Below the pieces are notes generated by a model. That model saw only the letters and a program-made list of their open reading frames with translations. It made no database searches and had not been told where the DNA came from. Source: Klebsormidium nitens (lineage: Eukaryota > Plantae > Klebsormidiophyceae). Taken from it: DNA of 64,000 nucleotides. The stretch lies in the NCBI GenBank assembly GCA_000708835.1, contig DF236994.1:186001-250000 (forward strand), written 5' to 3'. The stretch's first letter is position 1, and each line of letters begins with the position of its first letter. Position numbers and translations under genes: made by a program. Shown piece after piece: positions 24,101 through 35,866 of the stretch.

Positions 24101-24877
24101 TCAAGTGAATGGCAGCTCACCTGACAACCAGTATGCCCTCTGATTTGAGCTTTTTGGCACGCTCTCGGAGCGGGTGCTGGCCCTGGAACTTGTTGAGGCC
24201 GCCCTGCAGTGCACCATAAGAGTGAGAACCTTCCATTTGAAGGATAACTGAATTTATCAGTTCATCTGGCGTGGCACTCCAGGGTCAAACAGACAGAAGG
24301 TGCTGAAGTTGGGGGACCTCTCATCTCTGGTTTTGCTTGAAGGAAGCACCTCAAGGTGAATAAATCCGTGAGGTCAACTGGGGCAACCTGACAGAGCTTC
24401 GCACGCTAGCAACCCGGTCCAAAAAGTCATGCATGCTAGAACCTGAGAAAGAGGTCGCTTCACACCGACCTGCTCTGGCGTCCATTCTGGCGGAAAGTAG
24501 AAGTTGTCCGCCCGAGCGGCTGCCAACGTTGACTGCAATTAAAAAAGATTATGAGATGAACAACAGGCACGCTTGCAATACAGTGAGTTTAGTACTTGGA
24601 GCCCATACAATCATGTCCAGCTTCCAATCCAAACGCTGTCTCTCACAATCATTCACTTCCTTGTGTCGGGGCTATATATATTTTAAAGATTCTGCAGACA
24701 GAAAGTGTATGTTGCATCACTTTGGAGAACAGGGAGTAGCCAGCAAACGTCCTGGGGATCATATCAGGGCACCCTAACGATAAACCCCTTCTTTCACAAA
24801 CAGCAATGCTGTACCGGTCAGGGACCTGTCACGTCCGCACAACAAGGTAGTGTGATTGTGTCTCCAAAACTCACCAT
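21193..24877 (-). CDS. CCDC130: CCDC130/YJU2B (CWC16-family) splicing factor, ~330 aa, 9 exons
   Basis: Exons 24877-24875 (ATG only), 24532-24470, 24203-24121, 23899-23791, 23292-23209, 22967-22892, 22422-22325, 21885-21820, 21603-21193. Motifs LAAARADNFYFPPEW, HPLRERAKKL, RFEMPFKVWCEGC..GVRFNAEKK, DPFFKLEH. Confidence 0.93.
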
Positions 24878-25729
24878 GGTGGCTGTAGGTGGTCAAGGCC
24901 GCGGCTGTGCCTCCAGTTTTCCCTGCACGATCCCTGGTTGCTGCTTTTCACTCGTGCAGGGGACGACAGTCTACAGGTCCCTGGTCAGGACATATAAAGC
25001 GGGTATACGCAGGAGCGCTCCAAACAAGTCTACTGCTCTAAACAGCCTTCCGCTGGAGAAGTGAACAGACTAAACCCCTGTGCTAATCTGAAAGACTGGA
25101 GATTGAACAGCGTCCCATGCGCCTCTCAAGCTCCAGCGCGCCTGCAATCGTTCTGCATGAGCTGTTGATCTGGGCAAGGCATCAGGCTACAAGCCAAATA
25201 TATTAGGGTTTGGCAAGCATCACGTCAATTGTGTGTCAGCAACCAGGCTCAGGCACGGAGCTTTTGGAGCAAATCCCGGCGACTATTCTAGTAGGTTGCA
25301 ATCTCAATATTGTCGCTGTCAAATCTACCGAGCGAAGGGTTCCTATGACACCGGTTGATGAGTGCAAGAAGGCGCTGGGCTGGGCAAGTATAGGAGGAAG
25401 CTTTTCGAGGTGACAGTGAGAGGCTGGACGCCATGGTGGGAGGGCGCTGGTCGACCGTGCCTGAACGCCTCAGCCTCAGGAAGCTGCTATTGAATTGTGC
25501 AGGGAACTTCGCTTGATGATGAAAGGCGCTTGGACGCTGGCGATACCACCTTAAGACAGCTCCATTCCTTTCCAAGGCTCGCATTTAAAAGCTGGCTGCT
25601 TCAACCAGGGTTTTCAAAATGTCATATCAGCGTTGATCAGTGTGTGTTGAGATTTCACTGAAAATGCGAACTATGAGCTTCTTCCGGCTGAGTCAGTGAG
25701 CAACTAGAAGTGCGAAGAGGCAAAGGAGA

Positions 25730-28700
25730 ATGGAGGCGGGAAGAAGCCAGACAGTGCCGCTACTTCTGTGGCTCCTTGCCCTCCATGTAGTGGGCCTACT
25801 TATCTTCACAAAGGGGTTCCTCCTCACCAGAGTCGAGCTGGATCTCTACAGCGGTTGCACAGACTTCCCCACTCACCACTACTCCAATCAGTACACTACT
25901 GAAGAAACCTGCAGGCTGGTTGAAGACGCATCACCCGATGGTGCATCCAGCAAGTTCAAAACCAGACCAGATGACGCCGTTGAGGAACAGTTGCAAATTC
26001 CCCGGAGACAGTCAGGCTGCTGGTCCACCCCCAAAGTCCAGAAGGTGGTCATTCTCATCATTGACGCCATGCGCTTCGACTTTGCGGCCAACACGAGCGC
26101 CTACCACCAGCCAACAGGCCCCTGGGTGGGGCGGCTGCCGATCTTTGAGCGGCTTGTTGCTGAAAAGGGCGCGTCCGCTGCGCTCTTCAAGTTTGTGGCG
26201 GACCCTCCCACGACGTCCCTGCAGCGCCTGAAAGGCCTGACCACAGGCGGGCTGCCAACTTTCATTGACATTGGGAACAGGTGAAGCCCCTTGCTTGGTT
26301 CCAGTGCCCCTTGATGCTTGCTGGTCGGGACTGTCTGTTCTTTTCGTTTTCAGCAGTCTATCTATACAGCCTGCGAATGGGCGCACCTTGGAATCAAGAG
26401 AGGCTGGACTAGCCATGAAACACTGGCCGGTATTGTAGATGCGGAGAGACAGGTTGGTATCGCGGGGTCTCCTTTACGACGTGTCTACTTCATTACTAAT
26501 GTGGTTTTGCAAGGTTTCAGAAGCACTCTGGCATGACGGTTTCTCAAAATCAGAAATCATGTCACCTCTTCTTGACAGCTTGATTGCATGACAAGTAAAG
26601 GATTCTTGGCTTCAGTTCTCAGCTGTTGCACTCACTAATGAGGAAGAAAACGTGGCCAATCCAGCAATCTTCCCTCCTGCAGTTTCGGAGCCCCCGCCAT
26701 CACTGAGGACAACCTGATCTCGCAGTTAACGCAGCAGGGCCGGCGGCTGGTCCTCCTAGGCGATGACACCTGGATGGATCTCTACCCCACGCAGTTCACT
26801 GAGGCGCACCCCTACCCTTCCTTCGTTGTCAAGGACATCCACACAGTAAGCTTTGCAAAACGCTCTATGATTCACTATCGGTGAGATTGAAAGGTGGTGT
26901 GTAGCGGTGCAAAGCTGAAGGTGGCCGTGACAAAGCAATGTCCGTTATACGACTTCAGTCCTCGCTTAAGAGAACACTCCAGATATGGTGCTGCTTGAGA
27001 AAGGCCGACTGCAGTATATGTCAATTGCTTCTCCTTAGAGTATAACTCCCTTCTTCCTCACTCTCTGGCTGCAGCTCACATTCGGTTCTGCCTACCCTTC
27101 ACTCTGGTCGAGAAGTCGTTCTTTGTTTCAAACACAAAAGAGTAGACAAAAAGTCTCGACCTTTCAAAAAGCAAGATGTTTTCGGCTTGCTGAAAACTGT
27201 GAGTAAATTTTACAGTTCGCTTTTGTCTATGGTCGACATCATTCCGCCCCCTTGTCCAGGTTGACAACGGCGTCATCAAGGAGATCTTCCCGGCTCTGGA
27301 GCGGGACGATTGGGATGTCCTCATCGGACACTTCCTGGGAGTCGACCACGTGGGCCACACCTTCGACGTCGGCTCGCCAGTCATGCTCGAGAAGCTCGAT
27401 CAGGTAGGACTAGACTGAGCTACTCTCCAAGTGAACTCGAGGACCCCGGCATTAGTAGGCTTGACGATCTACTGGCATGACTAGCCCCGTCTTCCAGGCC
27501 TCAAACACAAGCCGCCTGTCCTGAGTGCCTGGCTCCGTTTGCCAACTTCGCTGGCTCGCTTTCTTCTCGTTCATCCGATCTCTGCGATCAGCCGGGAGGT
27601 CTCTGCTCTGTCTTCGTCTCAGCCTCGGGCTCACAATTAGCGTCCATTTCCCCCACCTTTTTTGGCGCCGATCTTCAACAAGCAGATTCTGTGGAAAGGT
27701 CCCTTTTAAACCGTTCTCAGCACTCCCTCTGCAGATGAACGCCGTCATCGAAGACGTAGTCTCCGCTCTAGAAAAGCACAGCCAGGGCCTGCACCAAGAT
27801 ACGCTGCTCATCGTGATGGGAGACCACGCACAGACACTCAGCGGCGACCACGGAGGGGGCACGCCGGAGGAGGTGACGCCGACTTTTAACTGCAAACTTC
27901 GTCAACTCTGCTGTTGGATATTCATGCGAGCAGCCAGATGTGTTAAGACAACCCGAGTTTCCTCGGCGCGTTCGAGTTCCCTTCGAACGTTGACTCGTCT
28001 TTCACATTTTTCTAAGGAACTGAATACCGTCCCTGGGGCTGTTTCACTGCGGTGCATATTTGCGGGTTGAAAGGTGACCTCTATTTTCCGGCACTGGCGA
28101 GGCGAAGTGGCCTATGCGACTTCGTTTGCGCCTGAGGTCGCTTCCGCTCTCGAGATTGTCTCCTTGAATGGACAGACACGTTGTCACGCACGATTCCGCA
28201 TGTTCGAGCGGTCTCCTGGCGCAGAGATTGCTGAGTATCCGACTAAGAGGATTGCCATCTGTTTGCACCGGACGTCCCTTCTTACCTGTCAAGCTGACTG
28301 CAACAGTCAGTCCGACTGTTTAACTTCCTCCCGATTCTTTCGCTTCTTTCGATACCAATCCCAATCCTGAATTTAAAGGGCTTCCAGTTCTCGAAACTAC
28401 TCGCAATCGGTTATGCAGGTTGACACGGCCCTCTTCGCCCTCAGCATGCGGACGCCGCCGGCAGCGCTGCCGTCCGACTTGCGATCCCAGCCGTGCACTA
28501 CGTCGCTTTCAGATCCGGGGCCGTCACGTTGCGCCACGCTCCCCCAGGTCGGTCGTCTCGCGCACTTTTCCGAGGTCAAACGCAGAGCAGAAAGAGGACG
28601 GCAAAACCTTTTTCTGAATTGCCACTCAGGCGACGGCAGCTTCGGTTGGCCTTGAAAAGCTCCGGTGCTCCAAGAAAGCAGTTCGATCACCCTCGACGAG

Positions 28701-31700
28701 TGGCCGCGTTCGGAAGGTCGTCTTCTAATGATACGTAGTTGATTGGCCCCGGTTTGCGCGGGTTCAAGAGTTGATTGATGAGACAGACTCGTCACATGTA
28801 CGGCCTATTCCGGTTCAGTACCAGGCCTAGCTTCATCCCCGAACCGTTCCCTTTTTGGAGACTCCGATCAATCGCACCAATCCAGTCGCACACCTTCGTC
28901 GCTCTAAGGTTCTAAGTTCTTTTTATTCCGCTCAACCCCGTCTTTCCCACCCGCAGGTTGACTTCGCCCCAACGCTCGCGATGCTCCTCGGCGTGCCCAT
29001 ACCCTATGCGAGCGTCGGCAAGATTAGCCCCGAGCTCTGGGCGCTCTGTGCACACAGCTGGACGGAAAAGGTGCCTCCTTCAGATGTCAGCCATTCTACC
29101 CCACTTAATAGCCGTTGCCAAGCGGCTAAGGTCCCTCCCCTTTGCCGCAACCCTTCAGCGACGAACGAACATGGCACAGAGAAGAGGCATCATGTGGGCA
29201 GTGCGAAAAATCAGCGATCCGTGCTGGGAAGCAACGCCGAAACAGGAGCAGAGTCTAGGAGCGGAGGCGGCAGCGCAGAAGAGTACCGGTGTGAGCATCG
29301 CTCACGAAGTGGGGAGGACGTCGAGGTGCCTATAAGCGATGAGGCCCGGCTTGATACGTGGCTGGCGGGCTATCTGCGCGCGCTCGCGGTGAATAGCGCG
29401 CAGGTGCAGCGGTACCTCGACCAGTATTCCGCGGCCGCAACCTCGCCGTTTCCCGCCGCACAGCTGGCAAAAGTGCGCGCGCTGCACCAGAAAGCTATCC
29501 GGGCTGGCGGGGAAGTGCGTCATGGGGCCGGATCCGGGTTTCTACCGGAAGGGGACAGCGGTCGGGGTGGCAAGGAAACGGCAGAGGGGATGTTGTTGGC
29601 AGGAAGCGAGACTGGTGACGGGGAAAGATGTCAGTCTCGAGAAGAGGAGCTGCTCGCTGATGTTGAGCGGACTCGCGGAAGTTTCGAAACGACCGGAAGA
29701 AGACAGGGAGTGTGCGGGGCCCAGACGGAAGGCGGAGAGACGTGTCGAGTCGAAGGGACAGCGACGAGTAAAAATGCTGCTCAGGGAGACGGGTCTCAAC
29801 GCCGGGAAGGGGAGAGCCGACTCAGCGCTCTCCAAAGAGCGATCGCCGCTCACTTAGAGCACCTGACGAAGGCCGCTGAGCTGGCACGTGCGCAGTGGAC
29901 GCAGTTCGACGGCGCGGCCATGGTCCTCGGCCTAACGATCCTGGCCGCTTCGCTTCTTGCGCACCTAATTGCTCTACTCTCCCTCTCCTCCGACGCCCCT
30001 CCAAAACTTCCGTGGACGAGAACGGTAACGGTTGCGGCGGCTGTCGGAACGGCGGTCGGTNNNNNNNNNNNNNNNNNNNNNNNNNNNNNNNNNNNNNNNN
30101 NNNNNNNNNNNNNNNNNNNNNNNNNNNNNNNNNNNNNNNNNNNNNNNNNNNNNNNNNNNNNNNNNNNNNNNNNNNNNNNNNNNNNNNNNNNNNNNNNNNN
30201 NNNNNNNNNNNNNNNNNNNNNNNNNNNNNNNNNNNNNNNNNNNNNNNNNNNNNNNNNNNNNNNNNNNNNNNNNNNNNNNNNNNNNNNNNNNNNNNNNNNN
30301 NNNNNNNNNNNNNNNNNNNNNNNNNNNNNNNNNNNNNNNNNNNNNNNNNNNNNNNNNNNNNNNNNNNNNNNNNNNNNNNNNNNNNNNNNNNNNNNNNNNN
30401 NNNNNNNNNNNNNNNNNNNNNNNNNNNNNNNNNNNNNNNNNNNNNNNNNNNNNNNNNNNNNNNNNNNNNNNNNNNNNNNNNNNNNNNNNNNNNNNNNNNN
30501 NNNNNNNNNNNNNNNNNNNNNNNNNNNNNNNNNNNNNNNNNNNNNNNNNNNNNNNNNNNNNNNNNNNNNNNNNNNNNNNNNNNNNNNNNNNNNNNNNNNN
30601 NNNNNNNNNNNNNNNNNNNNNNNNNNNNNNNNNNNCCGTGTTCTTCGTTCCTCCGGCCGTCGGAGGGGTGAAAGATTGGGTGTCGCAGAAAGCGGCGGGG
30701 ATCTCAGTAAGCGGCGGTGTGAATGAGCTCGTTGGGGACGGTGTGCATGCGCTCGTGATGGGCGCGGGGGCGGCGGCGCTGGCGTCGGTTGCGGTGCTCA
30801 GCCGGCACGTGCTCGGAAGCCACGTGTCTGCGACAGCACATGGAACGGAAGGGTTTGGTCTGTTATGGCGGGGCCGAGTGGGAAGGAGGAGAGACTGGGG
30901 GCTGCTATTGTTCACGTGCATGCACGCAGCGAGCCTGATCTCGGACAACTGCATCAGTAAGTTTCTACTTCACGCTCGATGGTTTTGTGCAGGTTTCTGT
31001 TGTCAGTCTAGCGTGCCCAAACGTTGAATGCAGTATTTATATCGTTTTCAGCATGCCGTCTTTCTGCTCTTATGTTGGGATAAAATTATAAATCAAGGTT
31101 TGCAATGCTTGAATACGGCAGAGGGCGATAATTGACGAAGTTGCCTTGATTCGTGCGTGTCTGCCGCACACGATGTCACAATACCACCCAACGTTTCTCA
31201 TCACCTTCAAAGATCGCAAGGTTGTCCAATGGAAAGCAGAGGTTAGAGAAAAGCTACGAGAAGCAGTTGACAACACAACCACGTTGGTCGTTTTTGTCTT
31301 CTGTACGTTTCAGCCTCATGCAGACCGGACACCGACCTGTCCTGTTTCTCTTGCAGTGGCGGAGGGCAAGATTGCTGTCGGCCTGACCGCCCTTACCGCT
31401 GCTCTATACCTTCGAGATGCTGTGAGAATTAGAAGCCGCGTGCATGTGCAAGACGTGAGTCACGTTCCGCCTCTTGTGATGTTCTCAACTTCGTCGATGA
31501 CGCTAGACCCGAGAACATGCTCCGTTAGGTTTTCCAGGCTGATGATCAAGCTGGTGATGAAAATCGACCGTGAAGACTGGTAATTGACCGATTTGTGAGA
31601 GAATGTATATTGCTGTCCTCGGTAGGGACTGTCCTACCGGGCATACTTACGGATTTAATGGCTGCTTCAGGCCTACCTCCCTTATCACGACGAACCTTAC

Positions 31701-33449
31701 GAAAGAACTCCTGTGGGTTGCCAGCATGCAACCTGGAGCAGACCCGGCAAGCCGACCGTGTGGAGAGCTTCATTTCATATGCGATTACAGAAAGCGGCCG
31801 GAGAAAAATGTGTCCTGCCATTAGTACCCACCCCTGACGCGCTTTCCCCCCTCTCCCAACAGGCGCTCCTGCTCCTCGCGGCAAACGCAGCCCTCGCCTT
31901 CCTTGGCCTGCGCAGCCCTTCGTCACAACAGAGGGGCACCAGCGCAGCCACCCTGAGCCCCCCACTCGCGTCGATTCTGGCAGCCCTGTCGACTTCCGTT
32001 CCGCTTCTCTTGCTCTTCCGCCTGCTGTCCCGCCACTTGCCCAGCAAAACGAGGCTCTGGCGGGCCTTCCAAATGTGCTGCGCACTGCAGTATTTCTTAG
32101 TCGCTGCCTACCGCTTGGTTGAAGATTTGGGCGACCAGTTTCTGCTGCCCCCGCACCAGATGGTCGCCCGGTTGCTTCTTCCCCGGGCGGTCTACGGCCT
32201 GGCTGCGACTCTCCTTGCCACCCTTGTGGCCTCGGTAGTCGACATCCAGGTAGGGAGGAGGATATCTGGAAAAGAGTGTTATGCAAACGGGCAAGAAAAG
32301 AGCGCAGGGGACCGTAAGAACGGCGTGACAGACACGAGCGGCAGGAACGGCCGGCTTCTGAGCGCTAACCCCGCGTCGACCGGCTTAACCAAACCCAGTG
32401 TAGCCCCGGCTAACGGCGTAGTCAAAGCCGGAGTAGAGCGGACTCCAACCGAGGCGGAGCAGAGATCAGATGATTCGACGGCAGTTGATGCAACGGCTGC
32501 GCGGGTCGTCGCTCTACTTACAGTCGTCGGGGGCGGGCTGGTAATGCTGCTCGGCAAGAAGGGACCCGCTCTTCTGGTTGCGGCGGCAGTGCAAGCGGCG
32601 TGCTCCGTTAGATTACAGTCACTGTCCGGAGATCGAGTGTGCATTCCGGAGAGGGGCCAAGCGATGGTGGACGGAGACAAGGGCCTTCCGGCGTCTGCAG
32701 CCCAGAACGGAACCGGAACGGAGGTGGAGGGAGATGGAGTCGGGAAGAGCGTCGGGGGAGGAGCAATCCGAGCGCATTTGGGGAAAAGTGAGACGGGTCA
32801 AATTGAGTCCGACGAAGGTCAGAAGATCAGTTTAGGCCGGACTTCTGAGGCACCTGTAGAAGGGACCGGCAGCGGCCGCTCTTCTGACGGGGATAAGCGC
32901 GCACGAGCGACATCGTGCAGCGCCAGGTCTATAGAGAGTCCTCTCAGTGTCATGCACAATTCAGCGGCCCGCTTAGTGGGCGCCGCCGCTGCGGGGAGCG
33001 AGTGGAGTATTCACACCACCCAGCTGTTCTTCTGCACCGGCCACCGGTGCGCCTTCGACGCCCTCCAGTACACCGCGGCCTTCGTGGGGTTTGAGGGGTT
33101 TAGCTTCGCGCGTTCGGGCGCGCTCCTCGCGGCGAACACCTTCGCGGCGCACATTCTGGTCGCGTTCGGGCTTCCACTGCTCGTGTTTCGGCGTGCCCTC
33201 AAGTGGCCGGAACGGGCGGATCTGCGAGTGATGCTTGGGAGAGTAGTGCTAGGATACGGGCTCGCGCGCGCGCTCGCGTGTTTGGTGACGACGGGAACCG
33301 TGGCGATTTTGCGGCGGCACCTGATGGTGTGGTCGATCTTTGCGCCGAAGTTTGTGTTTGATTCGTGCAGCTTGCTGGTTACAGACATTCTATTGGCAGT
33401 GATTGTGGTCTATGCAGAGGCAGCGTTTGCCAGGGCTAAAAGGAGGTAG
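25730..33449 (+). CDS. PIGO: GPI ethanolamine phosphate transferase 3 (PIG-O/GPI13)
   Basis: Exons 25730-26280, 26683-26845, 27260-27403, 27735-27872, 28419-28547, 28957-(gap)-30956, 31357-31421, 31863-33449. Motifs GFLLTR, IIDAMRFDF, ADPPTTSLQRLKGLTTGGLPTFID, GDDTW, HFLGVDHVGH, MGDHAQT..GDHGG, VDFAPTL, RRHLMVWSIFAPKFVFD. Structure across the gap is uncertain. Confidence 0.93.
30061..30635. other. Assembly gap (575 N) inside PIG-O
   Basis: Run of N. The PIG-O reading frame differs on the two sides, so the gap size is inexact or the gap hides an intron. Confidence 1.
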
Positions 33450-34390
33450 CTAAGTTCAATTGCTCATTATCTTTCTATAAGAAAGCGTCAAGTTCCGGGA
33501 AGAGCTGTCAATAACAACCGCCTAACAAATCATCGGGTCTTTGACTCCGAACCCTCGAGGCGAAGCTAAGGTGCATGCAGCTTTTTCCAGCCAAAAGTTC
33601 GCATGTACAGAAGTAGGTTGTGCATTCGAACGAGGATCTGACCGTTTATAGGTCTTCATCTAAATGGATCCCGATGCACCTGTTGTGGCCGCGCCCCAGA
33701 AGGACTTGACATCATCATCATGATGATCCATCGAGTTTGCGGGCCCATGTCTGCACTTTTTTGACATGATATCTTCCGACATTCAAATCTTTGCATGCGC
33801 GCAATAAATTTGTCATAGAATAATACACCAGTGACATTCCCGAACCATCATGACTGCATGCATATGTCGCAGGCCCGCCCATGGGTATCTTTAGCTAAAC
33901 ATTCGACGTAGGCTTCATAGTAATCCTGGGCTGCAGTCGGCTTTGGATCTGGCAATTTCTGTCCATCGAAGTCGAATCCCAACATTGAAAAGAAGCAACT
34001 AAACGTATGCACGCACACACAGTCCTAAAAGTTTGTTTCCAACAAGGCTAGGTCGACCTTCGCCGCGTGTTCCCTTCATCACAAGAGCAACTATTTTGTG
34101 CAGCAGTATCTAAGGCGATACGTGTTGTAGTCAATCATACGTCTCGAGAGTACGTCTCCTTGTTCTGAATGACAAAAACTCTATAATGCTTGCAGGGAGG
34201 GCTGTTGCATTAGTTGTGACATTGTCAAACAATCATAAGTCTGCGAAGCAAGCTTCAGAAATTGATGTATCAGCTATCCTCGCTCACCAAAGTCACCAAT
34301 TCTTCATGATACAAGCAGGGCGGAATCAATTGATCTTCCCTGCTCCAGTCATCAATTGCATACTTCTTCTCGAACTCACAGCAACAAGTG

Positions 34391-35266
34391 TCAGCTGTTC
34401 GCATTCTTGATGATGGTGCCGACCAAAACTTTTGCGCCGACGTATGCCGCTGCGACCAAGCCCAGGGCAGACACACAACTGCCAACAACGTGATCCCAAA
34501 ATGCCTGCAAATACAATTAAGGTAGAACCTTGTCTTCATCGAGACAATCCAGGCCTACTGGTGGTACAGACGCTCATCCTACCTCATCACCAAGCAGAAG
34601 AGAACAACAGAGGGGACCTCAAGATTGACTAGCGGACCTTAAACATTGCATCTCGTTCTTGGATGGCTACCCAACTTAAACCAAGAGGAAGAGCAGAGAA
34701 GCCAAAGAAGTGAATTTTTCAAAGACACAGGGCCCCCAATTTCGACTCTGCCTACACGCTATCAAGATGATCCAGATTAATGTTGCTCAGTCAAATGGAC
34801 AAAGGAACACACTGTTCACTTTACTTCACTCAACACGTTTCACCTTAAGCATTGACTTTGAAGAAGTCTGAAGCTCCCAATTCCACCCCGGGGTTTGCAC
34901 ACCTTTTTTACCTGACGAATCTGTGTTCACGACCCTTCAAAAAAGTGCTCCTAATCACGGACAGCTATATATCAAGACTTGGCATGACATAGGAAGTGCT
35001 ACTTTTATTAATCCTATCAAGCACCACTTATATGCTGAGATGCAACTAGTTGCACCAAATGGTTGTTTTCAGTCCCTGTCCCTTCCAACAAGTTTGGCAA
35101 AAACAGGCCCCAAGAGATCAGGACCTAATGAAATAACAGACTCAAACAAAGTGACCTAGGCGAATAGCAACCTGTACCTATGTACTTAACCTAGACAAAA
35201 CTGGAAGGTAAATCTGCTTACCGCGTTGGCAGCAGCTTTTGCTGCTGCAAGTTCTGCGTCGTCCAT
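34391..35266 (-). CDS. Putative two-exon 52-aa single-pass membrane microprotein (below the ORF-track cutoff)
   Basis: Exon 35266-35222 (MDDAELAAAKAAANA|gtaagc) and exon 34504-34391 (ttgcag|AFWDHVVGSCVSALGLVAAAYVGAKVLVGTIIKNANS*). Phase 0 on both sides, ccaagATG start. Confidence 0.6.
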
Positions 35267-35408
35267 CTTGGACAAAGCGGCGTTGCTATGCACCTACAGC
35301 CCGGCGTATTTCAGAGGAGTTCCTCGGCTTGAGTGAGCGCGGCCGCTGAGGAACGAGCATGACCTGACAGCTCTTACCAGGCCGGCGCCCGCGGCCATGC
35401 GCATGATC

Positions 35409-35514
35409 GGTCACGTACGCGCGCCCTTCGACGCCCACCCGGCCAATTCAGGCCGCGGCCTTCGCAGGGTTGGAGGGGTTCAGCTTCGCGCGCTCGCGAG
35501 CGCGTTCCTGGCGG
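35409..35514 (+). pseudogene. Decayed ~100-bp copy of PIG-O last-exon coding sequence in intergenic/promoter DNA
   Basis: 35453-35496 matches 33073-33116 at 39/44 nt; flanking CCTTCGACGCCC and GCGCG.TCCT.GCGGC also align. Confidence 0.8.
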
Positions 35515-35866
35515 CTCGGCGTGTACGTTGTGACTCCGAGCTGTAGCTCTGAGTCAATCGCGGCTCGCGAAGCTCAAATTGACGAAATAGAGATGGATTG
35601 ATGAATGTTGCCAAGCATTGATTCGAAGTTCGCTTCTCGTCTCTGAGTTGTCATTAGATCCTTCAGTCATGACTTTGCTGCTTAAGCGCAAAATTCTGCC
35701 ATGGTGAACCCAGAGGTGCCTTCCAAGATTGTAGAAGCTCGATCCGACAAGGAGGCCTCTTAACATGCTCTGATCTACTGTTTCCAGAACTTGTGTAGAA
35801 CGGTAGAATAGACTATCGTCAAGCATTCAAGAAAGCCTCCTAGCACAGCATCCCCTGGAAGTCAAC

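Noticed and set aside
27260-28962. Three PIG-O exons all begin cag|GTTGAC
   Set aside because: Similarity ends after 6 nt; explained by Val-Asp codons and the AG|GT proto-splice preference, not duplication.
28855-31027. Very long ORFs of 258-623 aa spanning 30061-30635
   Set aside because: Artefacts of translating through the N gap; only the PIG-O frames are real.
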